A DNA stretch of 59,581 nucleotides, filler included, from Dirinaria sp. TL-2023a (Eukaryota): the NCBI GenBank assembly GCA_051941275.1. It is 2 parts of 2 records of this genome, joined end to end, with 100 filler letters (N's around TTAATTAATTAA, not from the genome) between each part and the next. Parts side by side here need not be neighbours in the genome. Positions count along the whole stretch, not along the records: positions 1 to 29,820 come from JAVEBF010000111.1; 1 more part is not named here. One strand, given 5' to 3'. The position numbers and the translations under genes are program-made. Under the pieces are notes generated by a model, which was not told the DNA's origin, made no database searches, and saw nothing but the letters and a program-made list of their open reading frames with translations. This document shows positions 1-11,700 of the stretch, piece by piece (positions within the stretch are counted from its first letter, which is position 1; every line of letters starts with the position of its first letter).

Positions 1-1
1 G

Positions 2-319
2 GAGACAACAACGACGGAGGGAGGAACCGGGATCCACAAACCGCACGACGAGGACATCGTGCCGGAGACGGCGTTCCACGAAGCCGGGTCGCAGTACGCG
101 AATTATCATACCGGGGTGAGTTTTTTCCTTTCCCCTCCTTCCCCCCCCCCTTTTTGGTGTGATAAGAACCGGGAAGGGAGCTGATATGAGATGCGCATGT
201 ATGTACGAGTACAGAGAGGCGGCGAGGGCAACATCCACCGCGACGCGGGCGCCACGACGACGCATAAAGGCCTCGCGGACAAATTGAAGGAGAAGATGTT
301 TAAGAAGAGTGAGAAATGA
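2..319 (+). CDS. 3' end of a DUF3602/Par32-like small protein (partial, 2 exons: <2-115, 215-319)
   Basis: Hand translation gives ...HDEDIVPETAFHEAGSQYANYHTG|RGGEGNIHRD...GLADKLKEKMFKKSEK*. The GRGGxGN motif is formed across a GTGAG..CTGAT..CAG intron (116-214). Confidence 0.75.
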
Positions 320-770
320 AATTTTGCAATGCAATGCAGTTGCCCCCGGCTTTTTTTTACCTCTACCTACCCTCCTATTTTTATTGATTGGGTAAGGGAG
401 GGGAGGGGAGCAGCAGTGGCCTGGCCTGGCCTGGTAAAAGGTAGTTACTGTAGATCAAACGATACCAGCTTTAGTTTTTTTTTTCTATTTGTGGGACCCA
501 GAGGGTGAGGGGCTTGTGAAGTTGGATTTTAGAGTGAGGTGGGGAGGGAGGGAGGAGGTTTGAAATCTAATCCAATTGCCTGTTTAATACCTATTGACGA
601 AAAAAAACTTCTATAATCTCATGATTGGTGATACAAGATGTGGAGGGACTTTGCGGCCGAAGGAAAAATTCCCCAGATTTCGCCAGGTGATGTCCATGTT
701 GTACAAAACAAGATCCAAAAATGCCCTTCAGTCCCTCCCTTGCCTTGTTTTCCTATCCTGCCTGTCGTTA

Positions 771-2856
771 CTACTGCTCCTGCTCCTGCTGCTGCTGCTG
801 CTGCTGCTTCTTCAAAATCCGGATCTTGGGCTCCATCCGGACTTTCACCCACCAACCCCCGGTAAGGTATCTCCTCCCGGTTTCATAAGCCCACTCTTGC
901 GCCCGCGCCTGCTCCTTGTCCCAATCCAGATCCCGCAGCAGATTCTTGCCCATCGCACCCTTGAAGCGTTTCCAATTTCCCGTGACAGCGGCTCTGAGTT
1001 CTCCGGACCGCGCCCTCCGCACGACTTCCTGAGCGGCATGGTTCGCCAGCCGGACCAGCTTTTGCGCTTCACGCTGGACATCGCGTAGATTGCGCATCTG
1101 GAGGAGGTCTTGCAGCGGAGAATCGCTGCCATCGTAGGCCCATGCTCCGTGGCCTTGCTCTGCGAAGGGCTGTCCCGGCCGCAACAGCGTCAAGCCCGCG
1201 TACCCGTCCACGGTCTCTTCGACCTCCCACTTGCCGATGACGCGCTCCGGGCTCTCGGCCAGAATGTAATCGAACTGCCGCCAGAAGGTAGGGTCAAGCA
1301 GCTTCTCCTCATCTTCCGTCTTGTCGTACCTCCAGATCGTAGCCCGAGGGGTATCTTGCGAAACGGGTTTCTCCAGAAATCGGGTAATTCCCGTCATGCA
1401 GCTTGACGTGTCCATGTGTACGCTGACTGTCCTGTGCTTCCCATCCGCGATAGTGTGCAAGCGGTTGAGAGCCTCGGCGCCGGGGTAGTTGAGCCGAGAT
1501 ATGGCGAGCATGGCGAAGCTAGACGCGAACGAGGCGAAAACGGATGCTACAAGGCAGAGCGAGAGAAAGCGATAGAGAAGCGATTTGGCGCGACGAGTCC
1601 AGATCCAGGATGCGCCTTCGGCCGCTACAGCCAGGAGTGGTGGTACGGCATAGACAATAAAACGCCATTCCTTGTGTGGTTGGAAGCTGTAGAGGAAGAC
1701 GAAGAAAATATTAGGAAGCAAGACATCGCGAGCCGGTTTGCGGATACTATGCATAGAGATGGCGATAGGGATGCAAAGGTAATAAGTCAGCGGATTGAAG
1801 AGCAAACGCGGCAGCGCGGAACTGAAGTAGAAATGGAAGGGCGATATGCCCCATTCAGCCGCTCTCCCATTTACCGCATTGTACATGAATCCTTCCAACT
1901 CCGGCCAGGAAGGGAATGTCTGCCAGAAGTAAGAATCAAAGGGTACCGAGAACGCGAGGCCGATGCAGAGACCTTTGATACAAGATGGGATGACGTCTTG
2001 GAATGGATCGAGGGATATGCGGCGCTGTATTAGTAGGTAGAAAGCGTGGCTGCCGAGTAAAAGCGCTAACTCGGAACGAAAAATGACACCAATGGCCGTA
2101 AGAATGATCATAGCCCGTCTGTAAAGTTGCATACTTGCCGCAGTGTGAGCGTTCGGTGGATGCACGGATACGGTTTGCCGTTTCTTCTTGTCGTAAACGA
2201 CATGCTTGACTGCAAAATGTGGAAGAAGGTCGTGTAGAGCACAGACGCCTGCTAATTTTAGCTTCTTGGATAACAGCAGGGTTTGAGATAACCTGCAGAC
2301 GTACTCAAGCCAAATGCAAAGAAATTGGGGAGCGTCCGAGAAGCGTAATAAATGATGTGAAACTGGCTCGCCTGGAAGAGAACGAACCAATTGGCAGCCA
2401 CTCTTCCAAATGTTTTAGCAACACCATTGCGGAAATACAACAGGCAAAATGCATTGAAGAGGCCCAAGACTCCTCGCACTATCGACAAACTGGTCAGCAA
2501 TACAGGCTCGATTGGGTTCTGACGACAATATGATCTGGCGATGCCAGGCCATTGAGGATCGTCTTACCGAGCATTTGCCGGTCGACATCTTCGACGTATT
2601 TGACCACTGGCCACGAGGCTCCAGCGAGTGCCAATGGGCCTACAAAGGTCCGGGGCACGGAGCCTGAGAACTCAACATGGTCGTACCGGTGAATCGGGTC
2701 TGGCAACGTCTTCCTCCATGGCAAACCGAAGGTCAAGATATCATGAGTGGCTTGTATATTGAATGATTCCTCAACCTTGGTATGCGGGGCGTAGTAAAGG
2801 TGTAGTAGGATGAGAAGAGGAATCAGGGAAGCCAAGAGGGTATCTGTATAGAACAT
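771..2856 (-). CDS. ALG12: Dol-P-Man:Man7GlcNAc2-PP-Dol alpha-1,6-mannosyltransferase (GT22); exons 2856-2568, 2478-2305, 2248-771
   Basis: Motifs APHTKVEESFNIQATHD, YDHVEF-G-VPRTFVG, YYASRTLPN, SFQPHKEWRF, SRLNYPGAEAL, MTGITRF, YDKTE. Canonical introns join three ORF pieces. Confidence 0.93.
774..808 (-). repeat. CAG/GAG trinucleotide run encoding the poly-Q/E C-terminus of ALG12
   Basis: (CTG)n run on the + strand; translates as QQQQQQQQEQEQ. Confidence 0.8.
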
Positions 2857-4171
2857 TTAGTCCAAAAATGAGACTCCGGTGAGCGTTCAAGCGATGAGGT
2901 GAATACACAATACTCAATGCTCACCTGCCAGATGCCGCATGGTTGCGGTAGAATGGTGTCAACATTGTAGAGAGTGCAATGGCTGTAGAAGCAAAATATA
3001 CTCTGTATCTTGGATGGCGGTGCAGCTGAAAACGCCGCGGCAGAAACACGGATTCGTTCCGCACCCCTGCACGCTTTTCAGCCCTATCAGTGCCCTTACT
3101 TACCGTAGTCTCTAGGCAGGTGCAGGGTAAGGTACCTCTATAATTAATACAATTACTTCCACTCCCTTTCCCCCATTTGAACCTCATTCGGCACTATGCT
3201 TTTTGGGTTGGGAAACCTCTTCTACGGTACGGGTTCTCTCCCAAACCAGTGTGGCAGTCAAGATGCTAAGTTTCATGACAGTCTCCATCCTTCTTGTCAA
3301 CGCCGTCGCCATACTATCAGAAGACCGCTTTCTAGCACGCAGTATGTTCATGCTCCCCTCAAGACAAGAGTCATAATCGGCCTGAAAACCAGGTACTGAT
3401 GGAGGATGATTAGTTGGATGGGGCAGCACTCCCACTGAGCCTTCATTTGGTGGCTCGAGAGAAGATGCAGCGAGCATCAAGAGCAAGCTCGTGAATCTGA
3501 TATCAAGTGTGCGAACGCTGATGAGAAGTGAGTGGTCTTGCCACTTTTGCATTGGACACCCTGAATGGTTAATATTCTACTACATGCAGTACCGCTAATC
3601 GTTATCAATACGCTGGTGATTGCGTACGAGCTGGTGTTGGGCTGAAGCGAACGTTGTATCTCCATTATTCCACGGCACGGCGTGTTCCAGGACCCGGGGG
3701 TTCGCGGACAGATTCAGTCTAGTTGTCGTTCTTCAAGGGCCAAATCAGTCAATCACACACTTCAATTTATATTGATCCTGACCCAAGGATGCAATTCCCC
3801 TCGACAGATTTCCAGATCTTTGCGATTTGGGTCTATATTCTCACGGGAACCCGATCGTGACATGTCATAGTCTACCGCGAAATTGAGCAGAGCGGATACT
3901 GCTTTAATGATATACAAGAAGGAAGGTCACAACAAGCGAATGCGTAAATAATAATCTTTCGAAGGGCGCAGCAGGGAGCACCTAGATCGCCTATGCCGAA
4001 AAATGTCGCTCGTCTAGCTTCAACGACGATGTACGTCGCTCATAACGCCGCCCATGCTGGTATCATTTCCTTTCATCCCTGGACATGTCGTCGTGCCCTC
4101 GAAATTCGAAATATATCAAAGCTGTTTGACAGCCCAGGCATGCATGATTATTTCCCCACTGTACATTGTTA

Positions 4172-6615
4172 TTACAACATCATGCTCGATGTTTTCTTGC
4201 GCAGACTGCTGAATGGATTCTTCGACTTTTCCGGCTTTTCTGCTGCAGGTGCTGACGTTGCATTCTCATCCCCATCGATGACTGGCTCGTCTTTATTGTT
4301 TTCCCTGGAAAACCCCCACAACTTTGGCCTCTTACTAAGACTCTTGCTACCAGCTCGAAACCGACTGAGACTGCCGGAAATGGCACTTTCTTTCGCGCCT
4401 GCCTCTCTGGCACCATCCACTGAGGCTACACGTTGATCCTCCTCGTGCTTGGACGCTTTACTCGCTTCAATGGCAGCTTTTACATCAGCCGCTTGTTTCT
4501 TGTCGTACTCTTTTCTTTTCACCTCCAATGTCTTTAACCTTGCTTTCTCAGCCTTCTCTTTCTCCTTCTCGGCTGATTTCCGCTCCTTCTCCTCCTTCGC
4601 CCGCTCTTTCTTCGACATGGTATCGCCTTTAGTGGGGCTCAATGGGGACGCGTTTAGGGGGGCTACCAGAGACTCTGGAGGTGGTTGAACAGCGACAGAA
4701 GGTGGCTCTGTAACTGCCTTTTCAAGTCCATCCCAACGGAAGCTATCATCGCCTACAGGTGATATAGGGGTTGGTGACACGGCGCTCTTGACGTGCTGTA
4801 TGCCATTCATAAAAACACCATTGGTTTTGATGCCTAGGCCTGCTGCCTCCTTCGCCAATTCAGCTTCTTTAACAGCCTGGGCGCGACTTTCCGCTGCTTG
4901 CTCCCTTTTCACAGCTTCAATCGTGGTCTCTTGGTAGAAGAGGACGTATGCACACGCTAGCTTATTGGTGTCCCCAAAAAAATTGCGCACGTAATCTTTA
5001 TCTACCGGTTCCACGCTTTCATCGTCGAAGAGAAGCCAACCTCTATCCTGAGTCTTGATTACCGAGACGTAATGCCCATGATAAGGGCCACCGCCAATAT
5101 GGACAACAACAGCATACAGCTCATAGAGACGATCCGGGTCCTCGGCATCATCGGTGGTATTGAACAACCGTAAGTGGTAAGGGTAGACTACACGATGAAA
5201 TAGTTTTTGTAAACGTTGAAGGTCCTCCGTGTATTTGAACCTCTTTAGGTGTAAGGCAAGTATTTTTGGTAGTCTTTTGATTTTCATACGTTTTTCTGCC
5301 TCCTGTAGGCCCCCACAACCATCACAGTGAAATTTGTTGCGCTCGCATAGCATCTCTTCTTCGGAGAATTTTCGCAAGCATGATGTTACCGACGAATGTT
5401 GGTCGAGGTCAACTGAAAGGTCCAAGAAAGCCTCGTCTCGTTGTGAAATGTTTTCGCATGTCAGACATCTCGTTTCGGACGTAAGAGTGCCCTCAAAAAG
5501 ATCATGTACCCAGTCAGTGTCATGCTCCAGTCCCCCATTCTTCATTCGCGGCATAGCAGACGCAAGCGCTTTCTCGAAATCAGCAGGCTCCGCCGACCCG
5601 TTCAATGCTTTCTCGGCTTCGTTTTTCTTAGCGTTAGCCTCTACGTTCGCGATGACCTCATTCAGAAGAAGGTTCAGGAATTCGTGCGCGTCTTGATGCA
5701 TTGAAGTCCGGAACATTTCATTTTCTCGCCTGAGAACCTCGAGAAACTTGTGAGGGCTGAGAACACCAATCCGTGAGTGATGTGCCAATATGGCCTCAAA
5801 TATGTCTTTCATAGAAGTGAACAACGATTCCGGCATACCATAGGCAGCGGTGTTATCAAAAGTCATAGAAACATTAGGCCCCAACGCCGTAGCTGCCCTT
5901 TTCTTGGCCTCCGGTGAGTCTTTGTCCTCAGGTTTGGGAGACGGCGCCGGTCCCCCCGGATTTCGCGCTGATGAGCCCACAGTCGTTGTTTTAGGTTTTG
6001 CCGGAGATAAGGGGGCTTGTCCATTGGGCTGTTGAGAGAGATGAGTTTCGAGTCTTGGTAGGCCACTGGGTAAAGTTGTGACTGTATGATGCGGCGATCT
6101 TGTGGGATAATTGATGACATGCTCTCGAAAAGGTACTGAATAATATAGACACTGTAATATTGAATTGCAATAACTGCCGAGACACCATTAGCACGACTTT
6201 GTCTCCTTGCAACGATTGGTGGGATGCACCAAGTATTACCAAACTGTGCGGGAAGGGATCATGGTTAGCAAAAGACGCACAGAACCCACAGCTTGAGCAC
6301 TTACATTCTCCAACCCCCAGAATTTGTCACTTCCATCATCTCGCAGGGGCCCGGCGTCGAGGAGCATCTTTTCTAAAGGGGTCAAAGGCACAGCATTGGG
6401 GTCTTTCTTCGTACTCGGGTTCGGGCTCGAAGCGCCCTATAACACGAATGAGGAATTAGCATGGAGAGCCTGAATAATTCCACAGGCACCCAACCCAAAA
6501 TACTCTTCAGCCTTCTGGGTTGGGGGCACTGGAGGTCTTGAAGAAAGCCATGGCGTTGTGTATAGAAGACAGGACTTACGGCGCCAGAGCGCATCTTTGC
6601 AAAAAGTGACGCCAT
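4172..6615 (-). CDS. creB: Ubiquitin C-terminal hydrolase CreB (USP12/46 family); exons 6615-6580, 6436-6305, 6243-6230, 6173-4172
   Basis: Spliced Cys box [24 protein letters not shown] box, His box GPYHGHYVS, and the CreB-like N-terminus [18 protein letters not shown]. Confidence 0.92.
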
Positions 6616-7005
6616 CTTGCACCGGCCAGCGTTGTGAACGCCGTTTGCCGGCTAAAACCCCCTTGCGAGCCAGACTTGTATGGAGGGTACTGTAGCTCTG
6701 GTGGTATGAAAGTGACCGTAGCTTTACGGAAAAGCGGAGCGAAACAGATGTCGATGACCGGGTGTCCAGGAAGCAAGGTGCAAATGAGTGCTCGAGTCAG
6801 GTTCGTTAGGACGAAGATTTGCCAAGTGGAGAGACCCCTCCTGTTGGGCGGGCGGCGTTAGAGATTTGGGAGTTGGAGGGGAGCGAGGGAGCGCTAGAGG
6901 GATTGTCGATCAGTACGTAAAGCCTCCATCAGCTAATTAAGGTAGGTGGATGGGCAGCAAAGGGTTCAGGTAGGTACATGTTACTTTGGTAGGAAGTGTA
7001 CAGAA

Positions 7006-7064
7006 AGGTAGGTAGGCTCGGTAGGCTCGGTAGGGTAAGGTAGGTAGGTAAGGTAGGGTAGGTC
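7006..7064. repeat. Degenerate (A/T)AGGT(A) simple-repeat tract upstream of creB
   Basis: aaggtaggtaggctcggtaggctcggtagggtaaggtaggtaggtaaggtagggtaggtc. Confidence 0.7.
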
Positions 7065-8181
7065 GAGGAGTTCGATACCTTTAGTCGACGGCTAAGTGAT
7101 AAGCGGATAAATACTCATCGGGCCTATACAACACCGGCGACTGCGTTTGGGGGCAGAGGAGAAGAAGGGGGCAGTCATAAGGTGGTAAATGTAAGCGAGA
7201 GGATCCATGATGGGCGGCAGATGGGGGTCTGGTTTGGTTTGTACTGTAGCCTTGGCTTGCCTCCTCGCCTGATGTTCCATTGTGGGTGGATTTCTTAGTT
7301 GCCTGAGACGTTGCACTCTACCTACCTTAGGTAATGTAGTCTCGGTAGTCTACCTAAGGTAAGCCCGTAAGGCATTTCAGCCGAGCTCACGACTCACCTT
7401 ACATTACTTTACTCTGCAGGGTCAAAATTCTCTAATGCAAACTGCACAAGCGAGCGGCTAGGTAGGGAACAACAACGTGGGCATCTCGGGGGGTTCGGGG
7501 GTTAGTCGAACCGGCTCTGTGGCACCTAATGATTTTCTGCCAGTACCTTCCGGTCGGGTGGGACACACACTCTGCCGGTCTGCCCTGAGGTAGGACCCCT
7601 CCCAAGATGAAAATATGACGATATCGCGGATTCACGCCCACGCCGGAGGTAAGTCTTACCTATGGAGATAACCGATAACCTTCCAGTTTCACATGACAGG
7701 GAGGTAAGGAGGTAAGGTAAGGTACCTCAAGGTATCGATCTCAGGTACTGTATCATTCGAGTATCACCGTTGAGCACGCCGGTACCTTATTATTACCTGT
7801 CGCAATCACCTGACCTAACCTCAGGCAGCTGTAATTGGTACTTCAAGTTTCTCAACTAAGGCAAAGGAGGTGCTGTAGTGGGTGCTAAGAGACTGAGAGG
7901 TAATAAGGTAATGTAAATAATAGCCCAACGCAAAATGAGTACTCCGGTAACAGCAGAAATGACTACCTTACCTGAAGTAGAAATACAGTACATGATGCCC
8001 GGCCATCCCGTTCGTGCGCCTTGGTAGCCAATTCAACCCCAATTCAACCCCTCTCTTCCCGCGCGCCCCTGGAATCGAAATGTCTGAGAACCACTACTCT
8101 ACCGACGCAGGATGGGGTTGTTGGTTCCTTTGGCTGCGCAAATCGCTTCGAATGCTAAATCCCGTCGTCCTTCCAGATCTA

Positions 8182-11100
8182 CTATGTCTCATCCATTGCT
8201 TCGTTCTCGTCGTCCTCCGCATGCCCCGACATTTTCTTCGGTCTGCGCTCGGTGTCATAAATCCCCAGGGCCGCCCACATTTGCAGTTCCTCTTCAGGTG
8301 ACAGCACCCCCGGGTGCTCTTCAACATACCTCCGTCGCGTGTTCATCGCCTGTTCGTCCCAAGCGGCAAGCCGCTCCTGGAACGTTGCGGCGCTTTCGCT
8401 GTTCGCGGCTCGGTTTTGGTTCGTCTGTTCCATGTATGGTCGCTTGACTTCCGCTGGCGCCTCCCTCCACATCCTCCCTAGAGCGACTCGCACCTCATCT
8501 CTCGAAGCCTTGGTGTCTGCATGCCCAGTCGCTGCGCGACGAGCCTCGTCACACTGCTTCTTGCAGACGGCCCACTTGTCTTTCGTGAACAACAAAAACG
8601 GGTTAGCACCAGTCTTGCCGGGTTTGGAGGGACGGTAGCCGAGCTCGGTGTAGATTGCTTGCAGGATCTCATTTTCAAAAGCGTCGAGACGTGCATTCTT
8701 GGCAGCCGTACTTTCGTTTCGCACAGCGTCGTCGATTTTGCTTTTGGGGCTCGGTTCTGGTATATTTTCGGCTTCCGTCGGGGCAGGGACCAGTGGAAAT
8801 GGTATCTCGATAGGCCCCAACATCTCGTCAATGATGTCGGACGCGGCTCTCAAACCTGAGATGTAAGCACCGTGCACAGTGGCCGGATGAGTACCACAGG
8901 TTGCTTCGCCTGCAAAGTGCAGGTTGCCTATGGGTTTTGCCATCGCTTCATAGTCTCCAGGCTGGGCAGTAGCACCAACGTAAGAGTAAGTGCCACGAGC
9001 GAACCGATCATTGCCCCACCTTGTTACGATCGTTTCGATCGGCAATGGTATCTTAGTTTGCTTGAACATGAGAGCGAGATCTTGCGTGACTCCAGCAACA
9101 AGGTCAGCATCGCTGGTGTTCTCGGCCTGATGAGCAGCATCTCCCGCCATGAGAGCGATCAGTAAAGGCAAGCCAGTTGTCTTAATACAGTTCCAGAAAA
9201 GGTAGAATCGGCCTCTGTTGGCGACATAGTCCTCTTGATCAAGGCTTTCAGGGACCTCTGCCTCTCTAAGTAGACCGAACATGTCCTGGTCGACATTCCA
9301 AAATGGTTTGTCGTAAACTAATATGACTTTATTCAGTTTTCCAAAACCTAAGCGCTGGATGGGGCCAGTTTTCCAATCGGGAAGGGCTGGATCAAAGGCA
9401 ATGGAGCCGCGCTTCAAAACCCCCAATGGCGCTGTTAAGACAACATGATCGGCCTCGACAACTTCGCCATTGTCACAGATTACCTCTGCCATGTTACCCG
9501 GCGAATGTTGTGGGTGATACTTTATCTGTGTTACGGCGGTTTTGGTACGTATATCGAGACGGGTAGGATGCTGCCACAGAGCTCTCGGAACCTGTTGATA
9601 GCCTCCTATCACCTGAGCGTGCTCGCCTTCGAATTCATTCCCGATATCTTGATCCCATCCGGCAAGACTGAGCTTTCCAACGTTGACAGCGTTAGCATAT
9701 TCAAGGTTTGCGTAGTGCCAATTCAACAGACGCATGTCCTGAGGTGACAGATCTAGGAGGAACTGGTATTGCTTGACTGCTTCGTCCATTGCTGCACCTA
9801 GCGTTGGCCATTTAGATGACTTGGCAACACAGTCCAGATTGAGATCCTGGTAGGCCAGGACGTTTGAGGGCAATTGCCATCCCATAGCTTGAGCAGCAAG
9901 TGCTGGTGGAGCCTTTGTTCGTGAACCAGTCACCATATGTGCTTTTCCCGTAAGTTTGTCTACGCCTCCTGGAACACTTTCGAGGCCGCTTTCAGGTGCT
10001 TTAGAAGCAGCAGCGCTTCGCTCCGCGTCAGTAGTACTAAGCAGCTCGTCTGAGTCACCCTGGGGGTCTCGCCCGGCTTCGATGAATTCTCTGTTTCCTT
10101 CGACCGTTGTAGGTATTGGCGATCGATGTCGATATACGCTAGCTCGATCAAGGATATCATTGAACAGCTTCTCAACCATTACATCTTTTGCTTTCTCCAC
10201 CACATCACCATTGACATCGTACAATCTCGAATTATCCTTAAGAGGATAATAGTGCAGAGCCAGCTGGCCACGGATGATCATGCTTAGCGGGTTGCCATGA
10301 TCAAACCCAGTTATTATATGAGCACCCATTTCAGCCGTCGATATTGAGTGCTCGGGTAAGTTTCTCGACATTTGTGTCTGCAGTGGATGGGAGTATACTC
10401 GACCACCGACCCTATTTCGCCCCTCAAGTACAACAACCTTAGGGGGCTCTTCGCCAGCAGCTGTCCACCGCTCGCGATAGTGCGTAAAGAGTCCTTCAAG
10501 CTGTCTTGCACAACTTAAACCTGCCATGCCAGCCCCAACTACAATGACTGTTTTCATCTTCAAGCGTTTAGCCTTGTACCTCTTCACCCGCATATTGGAT
10601 AGGTCTGGGATTTCGACGCAGCCAAAATTAATGTAGCCCCTCCTTATGAGCCATTCATAAGCAACTTGTGCTAAGCCAAGGTATCTCGACGAGAAAGCGC
10701 AGCCAGCAGCTTCCTCTGCAGTCACACTCACCAGTGGATTCCTGACCCACAATCGCAGAATACGATTACGGATATTGAGGTAGGCCGTCACATGCAGATG
10801 ACATAGATGCTCTCGAAGCAGCTGGTACTCGTTGGGGTGAAGGGCAAAAGGGTTTAATCGCGACGAGTAAGCTGCATGTATGCTCTGGTGCGCTAGATCC
10901 GAAGGCGGAAGGTCTGATGGGATCGATGTCCGTGGTCTTAGGTCTTTGAATAGTATAGCCTTAGTTCTCGGTGTTCTTGGAGCTGAATCAGTGACCGTCG
11001 TCTTCTGCTTAGATTCCAACACAATCGGTGTGATGGATTTAGGTGGGGACAGTTGCGATGATAGCGATGAGGATGTGGGAGAACCCTGATGTGTCATTGC

Positions 11101-11700
11101 TGCATCGACTTCTTCTTCTTGCTCGACTTTGATCACGGGCGGCCCTACTGAGGTATGGGACGATCCTCCAGACCCTTTCGATGTGGAATTAGCACTTCCC
11201 ATCCTGTGCGACAAAGGAGTATCGTCGGAAGTCTCAGTATAATGCGGAGTAGCGCTCGGCTCGTCCGTCTGAGCCAAGTCATTTCGCATGCTCTCAGCTA
11301 TGTATGGCTGATCGCCACTGCTGCCAACTGGTTGCCTAATTCGATCATTCACTCTCAAATTAGAAGAAGCATCGTACCTGCCCTCCGTCGAAACATGGGA
11401 TGCAAAATCTGCTTCCGGATTTAATGAGTGGTTCGAAGTCAGAGGCAGCGGAAGAAATGCACTGTGCACTTGGTTTTCCGAGGCACCATTTATCGATGGC
11501 TGCATCATCCCATGATTGGCGTGACTTCGTGATTTGAACGGCTTCTGCAACGCTGCAAACCATGATGCCATGGCGCCCTGAGAACTCCCTGACTGTAACA
11601 ATTTGAGATCATTATCATATATCTCGCGGCGTTGGGTCCCAATATCCTTATTATGGCCGGTTACATAGGACATATCTGGCTGTTCATCTAGAGAAACCAT
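8182..11700 (-). CDS. LSD1/KDM1-like lysine-specific histone demethylase (SWIRM + FAD amine oxidase + C-terminal HMG box)
   Basis: SWIRM (YLNIRNRILRLW, WLIRRGYINFG), FAD motifs GAGMAGL and EGRNRVGGR, LNKV catalytic Lys, FAGEAT..HPATVHGAY, and HMG-like ANPFLLF...LGRMWREAP.E.K.PY. Confidence 0.93.
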   Translation of the reverse strand: MVSLDEQPDMSYVTGHNKDIGTQRREIYDNDLKLLQSGSSQGAMASWFAALQKPFKSRSHANHGMMQPSINGASENQVHSAFLPLPLTSNHSLNPEADFASHVSTEGRYDASSNLRVNDRIRQPVGSSGDQPYIAESMRNDLAQTDEPSATPHYTETSDDTPLSHRMGSANSTSKGSGGSSHTSVGPPVIKVEQEEEVDAAMTHQGSPTSSSLSSQLSPPKSITPIVLESKQKTTVTDSAPRTPRTKAILFKDLRPRTSIPSDLPPSDLAHQSIHAAYSSRLNPFALHPNEYQLLREHLCHLHVTAYLNIRNRILRLWVRNPLVSVTAEEAAGCAFSSRYLGLAQVAYEWLIRRGYINFGCVEIPDLSNMRVKRYKAKRLKMKTVIVVGAGMAGLSCARQLEGLFTHYRERWTAAGEEPPKVVVLEGRNRVGGRVYSHPLQTQMSRNLPEHSISTAEMGAHIITGFDHGNPLSMIIRGQLALHYYPLKDNSRLYDVNGDVVEKAKDVMVEKLFNDILDRASVYRHRSPIPTTVEGNREFIEAGRDPQGDSDELLSTTDAERSAAASKAPESGLESVPGGVDKLTGKAHMVTGSRTKAPPALAAQAMGWQLPSNVLAYQDLNLDCVAKSSKWPTLGAAMDEAVKQYQFLLDLSPQDMRLLNWHYANLEYANAVNVGKLSLAGWDQDIGNEFEGEHAQVIGGYQQVPRALWQHPTRLDIRTKTAVTQIKYHPQHSPGNMAEVICDNGEVVEADHVVLTAPLGVLKRGSIAFDPALPDWKTGPIQRLGFGKLNKVILVYDKPFWNVDQDMFGLLREAEVPESLDQEDYVANRGRFYLFWNCIKTTGLPLLIALMAGDAAHQAENTSDADLVAGVTQDLALMFKQTKIPLPIETIVTRWGNDRFARGTYSYVGATAQPGDYEAMAKPIGNLHFAGEATCGTHPATVHGAYISGLRAASDIIDEMLGPIEIPFPLVPAPTEAENIPEPSPKSKIDDAVRNESTAAKNARLDAFENEILQAIYTELGYRPSKPGKTGANPFLLFTKDKWAVCKKQCDEARRAATGHADTKASRDEVRVALGRMWREAPAEVKRPYMEQTNQNRAANSESAATFQERLAAWDEQAMNTRRRYVEEHPGVLSPEEELQMWAALGIYDTERRPKKMSGHAEDDENEAMDET

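Noticed and set aside
594..1088. 164 aa + strand ORF with poly-Leu resembling a TM or signal segment
   Set aside because: Antisense shadow of the ALG12 CAG run.
2900..3990. Several short ORFs between ALG12 and creB
   Set aside because: No motifs or consistent exon chain; likely promoter and UTR sequence.
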